DNA from: Candidatus Omnitrophota bacterium
GTDB lineage: Bacteria > Omnitrophota > Gorgyraeia > Gygaellales > Profunditerraquicolaceae
Assembly: GCA_041653115.1 (NCBI GenBank)
Contig: JBAZGA010000004.1
Span: forward strand, 4,660 to 68,659
Reading direction: 5' to 3'
DNA length: 64,000 bases
The notes under the pieces are model-generated. The model searched no databases, was not told the origin of the DNA, and saw only the letters and a list, made by a program, of their open reading frames with translations. Below are positions 1 through 9,816 of this stretch, piece by piece. The translations under genes and the position numbers were made by a program. Positions within the stretch are counted from its first letter, which is position 1. The number at the start of each line of letters is the position of its first letter.

Positions 1-632
1 ATAAATTCATGTGAAACCTTCCCGCCCATTACCCCGGGGTCGGCCTCAATCGTCAGGAAATCCAGGCCGCACCTCTGGAAAATCCTGCGGTAGGCAGCAA
101 GCATCAGATTATAATTTTTATCCAGGCCCGCTTCATCCCGGTCAAAACTATAGGCGTCCTTCATCACGAACTCACAACCCCTGACCAGGCCGAAACGCGG
201 CCGGAGCTCATCGCGGAATTTTGTCTGTATCTGGTAAAGAATAAAGGGAAGCTGCTTGTAGCTGGAAAGATGATTCTTTACCAGTTCCGTAATTACCTCT
301 TCGTGGGTGGGGCCTAAACAGAGCTTTCGCCCTTTGCGGTCCGTAAATTTAATCATTACCTCACCCATATCTTTATCGCGGCCGCTTTTTACCCACAAAT
401 CTTCGGGCTGCAATGCCGGAAGCAAGAGCTCGCTAGCGCCCGAGGCATCCATTTCCTGGCGGATTATTTTTTCGATGTTTGCCAGCACCTTCCATCCTAA
501 AGGCAAATAAGAATATACGCCGGCCATCAGCATCCGGATTAACCCCGCCCTCAAGAGCAGCTTGTGGCTGGCGGATTCCGCTTCCTGCGGCGTCTCTTTT
601 AAAGTCGGAATAAGAGTTTTTGACCAGAACAT
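1..632 (-). CDS. proS: prolyl-tRNA synthetase, N-terminal ~210 aa (gene continues beyond window start)
   Basis: Manual reverse translation from ATG (complement of 630-632) gives [61 protein letters not shown]...[36 protein letters not shown] and the class II N-terminus are ProS hallmarks. The ORF is truncated by the window edge, so it is absent from the ORF track. Confidence 0.8.
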   Translation of the reverse strand, partial: MFWSKTLIPTLKETPQEAESASHKLLLRAGLIRMLMAGVYSYLPLGWKVLANIEKIIRQEMDASGASELLLPALQPEDLWVKSGRDKDMGEVMIKFTDRKGRKLCLGPTHEEVITELVKNHLSSYKQLPFILYQIQTKFRDELRPRFGLVRGCEFVMKDAYSFDRDEAGLDKNYNLMLAAYRRIFQRCGLDFLTIEADPGVMGGKVSHEF

Positions 633-635
633 ATT

Positions 636-1895
636 TTAATCCTTAGTGAACATCCCTTGAGGCAAATCTATCCCCGCTTTTTTAAAGAAAGGATAAAACA
701 CAGGCACCGTGCCGCTGGCTTTCCATCTGCCCCGGACCCTGCCTTGCGCGTCAAGGCCTTCCAATTCGTATAGGAATATATCTTCCAGTATTGCCTGATT
801 ATCCCGCAATCCGTTTATCTGCGCGATGTGGGTAATTTTTCTTGAGCCGTCTAAAAGCTGCTCTTGCTGAACAATCAGGTTTACGGTTGCGGCAATCTGG
901 CGGTGTATCGCTTCCAGGCTGATCGGAATGCCTGAGGTTAAAATCATCGTCTCCAGGCGGTAAATTACTTCCTGCGGCGTATTGGCGTGAATTACCGCCA
1001 AAGAACCGCGGTGCCCGGAGCAGATCGCCTGCAGCATATCCAGGGCCTCCCGCCCCCTGATCTCGCCTACGATAATCCTGTCCGGCCGCATGCGCAGGCT
1101 GTTATTAAAAAGGTCCTTGATCGTCACTTCGCCCCTGCCCTCGATGCTCGGCTGCCGGGATTCCAGCCTGACGACATGCTCCTGGGTGAGGCGCAATTCC
1201 GCCGTATCCTCGATAGTAACCACGCGTTCATCGGCGCTGATATAAGAAGAAAATACATTCAGGGTTGTAGTCTTTCCGGCGCCGGTGGCCCCGGAAAAGA
1301 TGATATTCAATTTTGCCTTGATTGCCGCGATTAAAAAATCGGCCATCCGTTTATCCAGGGTCCCTAAATTGATTAAATCTTCGGCGGTTTTGATTTCCTT
1401 TAAGAATTTCCTGATCGTGATTGTCGGACCGTCTAACGCCAGGGGCGGTATAATGATATTCACCCGCGAACCGTCCTTCAAGGAAACCTCGGTGTAAGGA
1501 TAAGCCTCGTCTACATGCCGGCGTGTCGGGGCGAGCATTTTTTCTATTAAATACATCACCTGATTTTCGTCGTCGAATTTTATATTAGTGAGCTCCTGCC
1601 TGCCCTGTCTTTCCGCGTAAATTTTATCCGGGCCGTTAATCATAATCTCGGTTACTTCCGGGTCCCTAAGCAGCCCTTCTATCGGCCCGAAACCGGTAAA
1701 TTCATCGAATATTTCGTTAATTATCCTTTCTTTATCCTGCCGGGATAAATTTGCGTGTTCGCGGCCGGTAATCTTCTCCAAGATAGCGGATATATTTTCT
1801 TTTAATTCCGACGGGCCGAGATTCCCCCGGGAAAATAAATTGCGGTGTTCGGAAATAATCTTCTGCCTGAGTTTGTCTTTTAATACCCTGGACAT
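636..1895 (-). CDS. CpaF/TadA-family secretion ATPase (type II/IV secretion NTPase, Flp-pilus assembly type)
   Basis: 419 aa with Walker A GATGAGKTT, VTIEDTAEL, GEIRG and HxG motifs. The N-terminal block GFGPIEGLLRDPEVTEIMINGPDKIYAER is typical of CpaF. Confidence 0.8.
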   Translation of the reverse strand: MSRVLKDKLRQKIISEHRNLFSRGNLGPSELKENISAILEKITGREHANLSRQDKERIINEIFDEFTGFGPIEGLLRDPEVTEIMINGPDKIYAERQGRQELTNIKFDDENQVMYLIEKMLAPTRRHVDEAYPYTEVSLKDGSRVNIIIPPLALDGPTITIRKFLKEIKTAEDLINLGTLDKRMADFLIAAIKAKLNIIFSGATGAGKTTTLNVFSSYISADERVVTIEDTAELRLTQEHVVRLESRQPSIEGRGEVTIKDLFNNSLRMRPDRIIVGEIRGREALDMLQAICSGHRGSLAVIHANTPQEVIYRLETMILTSGIPISLEAIHRQIAATVNLIVQQEQLLDGSRKITHIAQINGLRDNQAILEDIFLYELEGLDAQGRVRGRWKASGTVPVFYPFFKKAGIDLPQGMFTKD

Positions 1896-2960
1896 CTAAA
1901 TTCTCTCCATTTCTCGCAATACCGCGTCTATGCAGCGGGAATAAGAAACTTTTTTTATCGGCTTGCCATTCTTAAATAATAGAGCCTCGTTCCTGCCAAA
2001 GGCAAGCCCGATATCCGCCTCCCTTGCTTCTCCGGGGCCGTTAACTACGCAGCCCATTACGGCCACTTTCGGCGGCCGGGTTGATAGTCCGTAGTTCATA
2101 GTTGAGAACTTCGCGCCTAATTCTTTGACTATTTTTACCAAGTCCACCTCGCAGCGGCCGCAGGTCGGGCAACTGATAATCTCCGGGCCAAAGCGGCGTA
2201 ACCCCAAAGCCTCTAAGATGAATTTGCCTGCCATCACTTCTTCTTTGGGATTATCGGTAAGCGATACCCTTATTGTATCACCGATCCCCCTTAATAGCAA
2301 AGCGCCAATCGCAATAGCGGACTTTATCGCCCCCTCAAGCGGCAATCCCGTGGCGGTAACCCCCAGATGAAAAGGATACTCGCAGAGCCGCGACATTTTT
2401 TCATAAGCTGCGATGGTATCCTGCGCATTTGAAGCCTTTAGCGAAATCACTATCTCGCGGAATTTTAATTTTTCGACCATCCTGACATAGCTTAAGCCGG
2501 CTGCCACCAGCCGGTCGGGCATACTTAATCTATGGGAATTAAGCGCCTTTAGCGAGCCCGAATTTACTCCGATACGCAGCGGTATCCCGGCAGACTTCAG
2601 GGCGCTGATTATCTCTTTGACCTCGGCCGGCTTGTAAATATTGCCCGGATTCAATCTGATCTTATCCGCGCCGTTATCTATTGCCGCTAAGGCGAGCCTC
2701 CAGTTAAAATGTATATCCGCCACTAACGGCAGCTGCGCCCGGCGCTTGATTTTCTTGAGAGCTATGGCGTCGGCATTATCCTTGATTGCCAGCCGCACGA
2801 TTTCGCAGCCGGCCGCCTCCAAATCCTTTATCTGCCCGAGCGTACTTTCTATATCCGCGGTTTTAGTCTTTGCCATCGATTGGATGGCAACCGGATAATT
2901 GCCGCCGATACGGATATTGCCGATTTTCACGATTCTCGCCTTGCGCCTGGCTATTTTCAT
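1896..2960 (-). CDS. ispG: 4-hydroxy-3-methylbut-2-enyl diphosphate synthase (IspG/GcpE)
   Basis: 354 aa with IGGNYPVAIQSM at the N-terminus and a C-terminal CPTCGRC Fe-S motif. Confidence 0.9.
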   Translation of the reverse strand: MKIARRKARIVKIGNIRIGGNYPVAIQSMAKTKTADIESTLGQIKDLEAAGCEIVRLAIKDNADAIALKKIKRRAQLPLVADIHFNWRLALAAIDNGADKIRLNPGNIYKPAEVKEIISALKSAGIPLRIGVNSGSLKALNSHRLSMPDRLVAAGLSYVRMVEKLKFREIVISLKASNAQDTIAAYEKMSRLCEYPFHLGVTATGLPLEGAIKSAIAIGALLLRGIGDTIRVSLTDNPKEEVMAGKFILEALGLRRFGPEIISCPTCGRCEVDLVKIVKELGAKFSTMNYGLSTRPPKVAVMGCVVNGPGEAREADIGLAFGRNEALLFKNGKPIKKVSYSRCIDAVLREMERI

Positions 2961-2963
2961 TGC

Positions 2964-4046
2964 CTATTTAATCCACTGGGGCAGTTTATCCCCAAAGAAT
3001 CTTAAGATATCGTTATAAGTTACGAATACCGCCAATGACACGATGAGGGTCACTCCGATCTGCGTAATTATCCGTTCGGCCTTGATGCTCAAAGCCCTGC
3101 CCCTGACCTTCTCAATTGCCAATAATACAATATGGCCGCCGTCTAATACCGGCAAAGGCAGAAGGTTAAATATCCCCAGGCTGATGCTTAATATCGCCAT
3201 CAGATGCAAGACCGCGATCATCCCTAACCGCGCTGCGTGAGAAGTAATGTAATAAATCCCCAGCGGCCCGGTAACGGATTCGCTAAACGATAATTTACCG
3301 GTAAGCATCCGCCAAATCGCCTTGGCTGTCAGCCCGGTCATATCCAGCGTCCGCTTTAAACTCAAAATAAATGATTTCCCCGGCCCATACCTTACGTTTA
3401 CCGTCTCGGCGGGAGAAGGCGTAATCCCCAAAAGCCCCACCCTGCGTTGTGCGCCCATCTGGTCGTCTAATTGCCGCTCTTTTAAGGCGACATTTACCTT
3501 GGTTTCTTTATCGCCGCGTAAAAAAGAAATCTCAACCTGCGCCGGGAGCTGTTTATTATAAACCAGCATTTGCAAATCATCCCAGCTCTTGACATTTTTA
3601 CCGTCAACGGCAATGATCTTATCGCCTACCTCAAGGCCCGCCTCTTTTGCGCCGTAACCATCAAGCAGACCGCCGATTCTGGTGGTCAGAGTCGGGTAGC
3701 CGAAGAAAAAAATGACCCAAAAACAAAGGAATCCTAAGATATAATTTAACAAAGGGCCGCAGAAGATAATCGCGGCGCGCTGGCCGGGCGTCTTGGAAAA
3801 ATATTCATCGGGTTTACCCTTGTATTCCTCTAAATTATCGCCGGCAAGCTTCACATAACCTCCCAGGGGGATAGCGTTAATGCTGTATTCCGTGCGGTTT
3901 TTTTTCTTCTTTACCAGCGCCGGGCCGAAGCCGAGGGAAAAACGCTCGACCCTGACACCCTGGAGCTTAGCCAGGGCAAAATGCCCGAATTCGTGCACGA
4001 CGATTAAGATGCCGAAAATAACCAGAAAAACAATCAGAGAAATCAT
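2964..4046 (-). CDS. rseP: RIP site-2 zinc metalloprotease RseP
   Basis: 360 aa. HEFGH zinc motif in TM1, a PDZ region (GLEVGDKIIAVDG), and a C-terminal LDGG motif. Confidence 0.9.
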   Translation of the reverse strand: MISLIVFLVIFGILIVVHEFGHFALAKLQGVRVERFSLGFGPALVKKKKNRTEYSINAIPLGGYVKLAGDNLEEYKGKPDEYFSKTPGQRAAIIFCGPLLNYILGFLCFWVIFFFGYPTLTTRIGGLLDGYGAKEAGLEVGDKIIAVDGKNVKSWDDLQMLVYNKQLPAQVEISFLRGDKETKVNVALKERQLDDQMGAQRRVGLLGITPSPAETVNVRYGPGKSFILSLKRTLDMTGLTAKAIWRMLTGKLSFSESVTGPLGIYYITSHAARLGMIAVLHLMAILSISLGIFNLLPLPVLDGGHIVLLAIEKVRGRALSIKAERIITQIGVTLIVSLAVFVTYNDILRFFGDKLPQWIK

Positions 4047-5209
4047 AAAACCGCCCTTTCTCTTTGAATAACTTTACGCGCCTCTTTCCTTGCCCATTCA
4101 TCCGCAGCCAGAATATCCTCTAAACCGGGGTTCTCGATTTTACGGTGCGCGTCAAGCACCCGCGCGATCACGCCGGGTATGGAAACAAAAGCCAGCCCGC
4201 CCCTTAAAAATCCCTCTACGCTTACTTCATTAGCCGCATTTAAAACGCAAGGCATCGTCCCCGCCTCTCCTGCCGCCCGGTAAGCTAATCCCAGGCAGGG
4301 GAATTTCTTAAAATCGGGCTTTTGAAAATTCAGCGCCTTTAATTTATAAAAATCTATGCTCGGCAGGCTATTGGATAACCTTTCCGGATACGTCAGCGCG
4401 TATTGGATAGGGATGCGCATATCCGTGGCTGATAATTGCGCCATCACCACCCCGTCCATAAATTCAACCATAGAGTGAATGATTGCTTCCGGGTGAATGA
4501 GTACCTTTATTTTATCCGCAGGCAGATTAAATAAATACATCGCCTCCAATACCTCCAGGCCTTTATTCATCAGATTCGCGGAATCCACGCTGATTTTTTT
4601 ACCCATCTTCCAGCGGGGGTGCCGTAAGACCCTGGCTACGGATGCGCCGCGCATCTGTTTTCTATCGCTTTGTAAAAACGGCCCGCCCGAGGCAGTAAGG
4701 TAAACATTTTTTAATCTATCCGGGTTTCGCCCTTCCAGGCACTGCCAGATTGCCGACTGTTCGCTGTCCACCGGCATAATCCTGGCCTTCTTCTGCCTTG
4801 CCCTCTTCATCAGTATCGGCCCGGCCATCACCAGCGCCTCTTTATTCGCCAGGACGATATCGCAGCCGGCTTCAATAGATTTTAATAAAGGCTCAAGCCC
4901 TGCCGAGCCGCTTATCCCCAGGACAATTTTATCGAGCCGCTTATCCCGGATGATTTCCTCTAAGCCGCTCTCTCCCAGAAGAAATTTAGTTTGAGCAGCC
5001 GACTCTGCCTCCAAGGCCCTGCCCGCCTGAACATCCCTGACACAGGCAAACGCCGGATGGAACTCTTTTATTTGCTCGCTTAAAATATCGGTGCGCGAAT
5101 TTGTGCTTAAGGCCAAAACTTTAAATTTAGCGGGGAAGTGCCTGATTACTTCCAGGGCGCTCTGGCCAATGGAGCCCGTAGAGCCTAATACGGCAATCTG
5201 CTGCATCAT
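4043..5209 (-). CDS. dxr: 1-deoxy-D-xylulose 5-phosphate reductoisomerase
   Basis: 388 aa. N-terminal NADPH-binding motif VLGSTGSIGQSAL, and Dxr-typical SGGPF and LNAANE blocks. Confidence 0.9.
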   Translation of the reverse strand: MMQQIAVLGSTGSIGQSALEVIRHFPAKFKVLALSTNSRTDILSEQIKEFHPAFACVRDVQAGRALEAESAAQTKFLLGESGLEEIIRDKRLDKIVLGISGSAGLEPLLKSIEAGCDIVLANKEALVMAGPILMKRARQKKARIMPVDSEQSAIWQCLEGRNPDRLKNVYLTASGGPFLQSDRKQMRGASVARVLRHPRWKMGKKISVDSANLMNKGLEVLEAMYLFNLPADKIKVLIHPEAIIHSMVEFMDGVVMAQLSATDMRIPIQYALTYPERLSNSLPSIDFYKLKALNFQKPDFKKFPCLGLAYRAAGEAGTMPCVLNAANEVSVEGFLRGGLAFVSIPGVIARVLDAHRKIENPGLEDILAADEWARKEARKVIQRERAVL

Positions 5210-6015
5210 AAAACGATACTGATATAAAAATAAAATACCGGCGCGGTAAAAAGCAAACTATCCATGACGTCTAAAACTCCGCCCATCCCCGGCAGGATAA
5301 CCCCCGAATCTTTTACCCCGCAGTCGCGCTTCATCAGGGATTCCGCCAAATCCCCGAGCTGCCCGATGATGCCCAGCGTAATACCCATCAAGATCAGATG
5401 CGTATAAGTCAAAACTTCTGCGCCGAATAAAGGAAAGAACGGCCTGCTGATTAATGCTCCGGCTACGCTAAAGAAGAGCCCGCCGAGCGAGCCTTCCAGC
5501 GACTTATTAGGGCTGATGCGGGGTATGAGCGGGGTTTTCCCGAAACGGCTGCCTACCAGATAAGCGCCGATATCGCCCAACTTGGTAATCAATAGCACTG
5601 CCGCCAAAAGCCCTGTCCCGCCGCTAAACGACCTGATCTTGATTAAAAAACTGAAAAACCAGGAGACGTAAAGTATGCCAAAAATAGTCGTCGAGATGTC
5701 TACGATTACGCCGTAATTTTCCCGGCGTTTGAATAACATCGTAATCAGGAATAAGAGGGTCAAAACGATAAAGAAAAGCTCCCACTTCTTGGTCGGTTCG
5801 AAAGAGAACATTATAGAAACGGGGATAAGCGTGCCCATAAGTATGCCGAAATATTTATAGGCGGTTATCCCTTTGTTTTCCAGCATCGTAAAGAACTCAT
5901 AAAGCCCCGAGATAATAAAAAGCATTACTACAACATTAAAAAACCACTGGCTCAATACTGCCAGCGCCACAATCGGTATGACGACGCAAGCTGTGATTAT
6001 CCTTTTTATCAGCAT
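5206..6015 (-). CDS. cdsA: phosphatidate cytidylyltransferase
   Basis: 269 aa polytopic membrane protein with the C-terminal CDS signature SxxKRDxGxKDxGxxxPGHGG (here SLMKRDCGVKDSGVILPGMGGVLD). Confidence 0.85.
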   Translation of the reverse strand: MLIKRIITACVVIPIVALAVLSQWFFNVVVMLFIISGLYEFFTMLENKGITAYKYFGILMGTLIPVSIMFSFEPTKKWELFFIVLTLLFLITMLFKRRENYGVIVDISTTIFGILYVSWFFSFLIKIRSFSGGTGLLAAVLLITKLGDIGAYLVGSRFGKTPLIPRISPNKSLEGSLGGLFFSVAGALISRPFFPLFGAEVLTYTHLILMGITLGIIGQLGDLAESLMKRDCGVKDSGVILPGMGGVLDVMDSLLFTAPVFYFYISIVL

Positions 6016-6725
6016 TTTACCGCGCCGAACCTGCGCTCCCTCTTTTGATAAACCTCTATCGCCTTTTCCAAATCACCGCGGTCAAAATCCGGCCAGTATT
6101 TCTTGCAAAAATATAATTCCGCGTAAGAAAGCTGCCAGAGCAAGAAATTGCTCAGACGCATCTCCTGGCTCGTGCGGATTAAAAGGTCCGGGTCGGGCAA
6201 GCCGCCGGTATAAAGATAACGGCTGAAATCTTCCGCGCTTAAGCCGGCGACACTCGCTTCGCCTTTTAAAACAGAGGCAGTAAATTTTTTTACGGCATCG
6301 ACTATCTCCTGCCTTGAGCCGTAGTTGAAGGCCAGGATCAACCGCAGGCCGCTGTTATCCCTTGTTTTGTGCTCGGCCTCTTTGATTTTATCCTGCAGGT
6401 ATTTGGGCACCGGCTCGTCCCGGCCGATGACCATCAGCCGGACATTATTCTTATGCAACTGCGCGATTTCCCTGCCTAAAAAATTATCCAGGTAGCGCAT
6501 CAACATATTGATTTCCTGTCTGGGCCTTGTCCAGTTCTCCGTGGAAAAGGCAAAGAGCGTTAAGACCTTCACCTCTAATTCACTGGCTGCCCTGACTATT
6601 TCCTTCACCCGCTTGATGCCCTGACGGTGTCCGACAGTGCGCGGCAGGCCTTTTTCCTTTGCCCAGCGGCCGTTGCCGTCCATAATGATGGCGATATGCC
6701 GGGGAATATTATTCTTATCAAGCAT
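6009..6725 (-). CDS. uppS: ditrans,polycis-undecaprenyl-diphosphate synthase
   Basis: 238 aa. HIAIIMDGNGRWA near the N-terminus and the FSTENW motif. Confidence 0.9.
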   Translation of the reverse strand: MLDKNNIPRHIAIIMDGNGRWAKEKGLPRTVGHRQGIKRVKEIVRAASELEVKVLTLFAFSTENWTRPRQEINMLMRYLDNFLGREIAQLHKNNVRLMVIGRDEPVPKYLQDKIKEAEHKTRDNSGLRLILAFNYGSRQEIVDAVKKFTASVLKGEASVAGLSAEDFSRYLYTGGLPDPDLLIRTSQEMRLSNFLLWQLSYAELYFCKKYWPDFDRGDLEKAIEVYQKRERRFGAVKC

Positions 6726-6734
6726 AATCCCTCT

Positions 6735-8315
6735 TTACTGGTGGACCCTGTAATCTATAGCGGGGAAAAGGTTATCCTTATATTCTATATCTGCCAGCCA
6801 CTTTTCGTCGATAGAGCTGCTTTTAACCTGCTCATATAAATTCGTAAAACGCAGGATGTGCTCTTTAGTGCGCCGCACGGCGTAGGAGCTGTGCGTGCCG
6901 GTGCCCATAATAAAGGCCCAGTCCGAGCTTTGCGCCAAGAGCAATTCCCGCAAGGCCTGGTTTAAAGCGCGCCTGGTTAAACCGTTTATGGAAGTATGTG
7001 AAAAGGTTTTAGCTAACTCGGTCATCCGGCTGCTTGCCTGATGCAGGTGCCGGTAAATCCAGTCGTTTGAACCCTGCAGCCACATCTCGCTATAGCCTTT
7101 CCAGCCCCAGCTGGATACCGAAGGCATAACTACCTGGTTGCGCGGATTCTCCGCCAGATATTCGGAAGGAGTAATCATGCGGATCGTCTTCTGGTCAAAG
7201 TAAATTTTGCGCATCAGGAATTCCAGCCACTGCGGCCCTTCGTACCACCAATGGCCGAATAATTCCGCGTCATAAGGAGAAACAATCATCGGCTTTTTCT
7301 GCATAAAATCATAGAGGTATTCGATTTGCCTTTCGCGGTTAAACATAAAATTACCCGCATGCTCTGCCGCCTTTTCTCTTGCCCAAAGGGAATTATACGG
7401 TTGTTTGTTTTCGCTGCCGGTGATGCGGTAATATTTTATGCCGGTATTTATCCTGATGCCGTCGCGGTGGATATACGGCCGGATATAATCATAATCCAGT
7501 TCAAAGCCGATATCGCGGTAAAATTCGCGGTAGAGATAGTCGCCGGGATAGCCTTCAATGGAAGACCAGACCTGTTTTGACGATTCCAGGTCCCTGGCAA
7601 AACAGGCAATTCCTGATTTACAATATACCGGCGCGAATACGCCGTATTTCGGCCGGGGAGAGCCATGCAATACGCCGTGGGCGTCGGTAAAAAAATAACG
7701 CAGTCCCGCTTCCTTTAAAATCTCGTCGTGGCCTGTCTGATAGCCGCATTCAGGCAGCCAGATCCCCTGGGGTTTCCTGCCGAATACGCTTGCATAGTGG
7801 CTGACCGCTACCTTGACCTGCGCCCGCACGGACTCGCGGCAGACATCCATCAGCGGAAAATAACCGTGAGTCGCCCCGCAGGTAATAATTTCCAGTTTCC
7901 CCGCATCCTGAAAATTTTTAAAAGCGGTGACGAGGTTGCGTCCGTATTTTTCAAAAATATCGCGCGATTTATAAAATTTCTCCAAATACATCAGGGCGAG
8001 GTTCTGAAAATCCGCCTGCCAGCGGGTCCTCTCCGCTTCCTTATGCGCCAGCTCGATCAGCTGGTTGATATGCTTTAAATACCTTTCCTGCAAAAGCCCG
8101 TCGCTGAGCATGGAGATTAAAGTAGGCGTCAGAGACATGGTAATCCGGAAATCCACATTTTCATTTAATAACCGCTGAAAAACGTCAATCAACGGGATGT
8201 AGGTTTCGGTAATCGCTTCATAAAGCCAGTCTTCCTCCAAAAAGTCTTCGTGCTCAGGGTGCCGGACAAAAGGGAGGTGGCTGTGTAAGACTATGCAAAG
8301 ATATCCCTTATTCAT
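6735..8315 (-). CDS. glycoside hydrolase family 57 protein (GH57 1,4-alpha-glucan branching enzyme type, DUF1957-containing)
   Basis: 526 aa. N-terminus YLCIVLHSHLPFVRHPE and an overall GH57 signature; its length matches the GH57 branching-enzyme type. Confidence 0.8.
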   Translation of the reverse strand: MNKGYLCIVLHSHLPFVRHPEHEDFLEEDWLYEAITETYIPLIDVFQRLLNENVDFRITMSLTPTLISMLSDGLLQERYLKHINQLIELAHKEAERTRWQADFQNLALMYLEKFYKSRDIFEKYGRNLVTAFKNFQDAGKLEIITCGATHGYFPLMDVCRESVRAQVKVAVSHYASVFGRKPQGIWLPECGYQTGHDEILKEAGLRYFFTDAHGVLHGSPRPKYGVFAPVYCKSGIACFARDLESSKQVWSSIEGYPGDYLYREFYRDIGFELDYDYIRPYIHRDGIRINTGIKYYRITGSENKQPYNSLWAREKAAEHAGNFMFNRERQIEYLYDFMQKKPMIVSPYDAELFGHWWYEGPQWLEFLMRKIYFDQKTIRMITPSEYLAENPRNQVVMPSVSSWGWKGYSEMWLQGSNDWIYRHLHQASSRMTELAKTFSHTSINGLTRRALNQALRELLLAQSSDWAFIMGTGTHSSYAVRRTKEHILRFTNLYEQVKSSSIDEKWLADIEYKDNLFPAIDYRVHQ

Positions 8316-8351
8316 CTTTATATCGCTTCCTTGGCTGGTTATTCCGGAATT

Positions 8352-9335
8352 TTATTTTGTCTCTTTGGTTACTACCGGCGTGATCGTTATTTTATCGATA
8401 CCGTCCCTGGATACCCCTTCCACGGGTATTGCCTGCTTTCCGTCGGGAAGGGCGAAACGCAGGCTGAATGTACCGTCGGACCGCAGAGCCACGGGCTTAC
8501 CCTGAACGGCTACTTTGGCATCGGCTTCTGTCGCGCCATAAACGATTAATTCCGTATTTACATTGAGCCAGAATTTTCTCGCTTGCTGTTTCTTTACCGG
8601 GCTGGCAACGGAAGTAATGCCCGGCGAAGCCAGGACTCCGGAAAAAAGGGCGCGCTTAACCCTTTCCTGCCAGGCCTTGCCTACGGGCGAGCTCTTTCCA
8701 AACCCAAAGCCCATGCCATACAACCGCGCAAACATGTCCTCCGGGACCATCCACTCTTCATCGGTAATCCAGGAAGGACCTTCTATAGGTGTGTAGACGG
8801 TATTGGAACGCGCAATCATGATAAATTCACCCGACGCTAACCTCAAACCGATATCCACGCACCAGGACCTGCCCGGCCCGTTGGTATCGACATACCAGTT
8901 ACTGGCGTCGTTTCCGACTTCAATGTCAAAAAAACGGTGGGCATTTTTTCCGTCAAAAATAATCTGGCTGACGTCATAAACTCTCAAGACCCTCTTTGCC
9001 CCGTGGAAAGCGCCTGTCAAACGCTCTTTTAGGCTGTCCAGGGTCTTCTGGGTAATTTCCCAGTAGGCGTGTATCCAGCGGGTATCCCTTACCTGCAGGA
9101 CTATTTTGTCCGCGCCATAGCCCCAGGGCAGCTCCTCTAACATCCGGGGGCTGATCCTGGGAGTTTCCGGAGTAGAAAATTTTGTCTTTTCTACTGCCGT
9201 TTCCCGTACGCCCAAGGCCTCCTTCGGTTTTTCTTTCGGAGTCTCTTTGAGCGCGGCCTTTTTGGCTGTTTTAAACTTTTTTTCTTTCCGGCCTAACTTT
9301 CTGAATTTCTCTTTTATTTTCCGCAATAACGCCAT
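8352..9335 (-). CDS. hypothetical protein with a lysine-rich N-terminus (possibly DUF4912-like; unverified recollection)
   Basis: 327 aa. About 60 residues of K/E-rich low complexity followed by a globular domain (WGYGADKIVLQVRDTRWIHAYWEI). Strong RBS AAAGGGGGGTGG 6 nt upstream of the ATG. Sits immediately downstream of GH57. Confidence 0.55.
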   Translation of the reverse strand: MALLRKIKEKFRKLGRKEKKFKTAKKAALKETPKEKPKEALGVRETAVEKTKFSTPETPRISPRMLEELPWGYGADKIVLQVRDTRWIHAYWEITQKTLDSLKERLTGAFHGAKRVLRVYDVSQIIFDGKNAHRFFDIEVGNDASNWYVDTNGPGRSWCVDIGLRLASGEFIMIARSNTVYTPIEGPSWITDEEWMVPEDMFARLYGMGFGFGKSSPVGKAWQERVKRALFSGVLASPGITSVASPVKKQQARKFWLNVNTELIVYGATEADAKVAVQGKPVALRSDGTFSLRFALPDGKQAIPVEGVSRDGIDKITITPVVTKETK

Positions 9336-9357
9336 TAAACCACCCCCCTTTCTTTCT

Positions 9358-9386
9358 AATAAAAAAGGGGATAGCTATCCCCTTTT
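9358..9386 (-). terminator. intrinsic terminator hairpin (GGGGATAGCTATCCCC plus a U-run) downstream of the coiled-coil gene
   Basis: Perfect 8-bp GC-rich stem with a 0-nt loop gap, GGGGATAG/CTATCCCC. On the minus-strand transcript it is followed by UUUUUUAUU. Confidence 0.7.
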
Positions 9387-9426
9387 AGAACAAGAACTGC
9401 TCTCCTGCCCTTCTCCCCCTTCTATT

Positions 9427-9816
9427 TCATTTTTTAACCCTTGAGTTTTTATCTTTGATTAAGGCGTCTTTGAGGTCTTCTTCCAGCGCCTCTTTGAGTT
9501 TACTTAACTTCTGCAGCTCTTCCTTCAAGCTCTGATTGACCAATTGCTCCTGCAGTAAGGCCTTTTTCGTCGCCTGGTGCGCCGCCTTTTCTTCTTCCAG
9601 GGCGCTGGTTGCGCTTTTCAGTTCATTATCGCTGACCATCTTTTCCTGGGCAAAGCTGCTCGCCTTTTCCTCCAAATCCATTCTTCTGCCCATTTCTTTA
9701 TCGCGGGCAAGCCTCTCGCGCCTGGCGCTGTCGCAGGACTTTAGCGTCCCGAGGAAAAAGATGGCGCTCAATATCGTCAAAATGATAATCAGCCGGTTTT
9801 TTAAGCTTTCTTCCAT
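9427..9816 (-). CDS. membrane-anchored coiled-coil protein (hypothetical)
   Basis: 129 aa. N-terminal TM helix LIIILTILSAIFFLGTL, then a heptad-rich charged region (EEKAAHQATKKALLQEQLVNQSLKEELQKLSKLKEALEE). Its ATG directly abuts the stop of the upstream OmpA-like gene. Confidence 0.55.
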   Translation of the reverse strand: MEESLKNRLIIILTILSAIFFLGTLKSCDSARRERLARDKEMGRRMDLEEKASSFAQEKMVSDNELKSATSALEEEKAAHQATKKALLQEQLVNQSLKEELQKLSKLKEALEEDLKDALIKDKNSRVKK

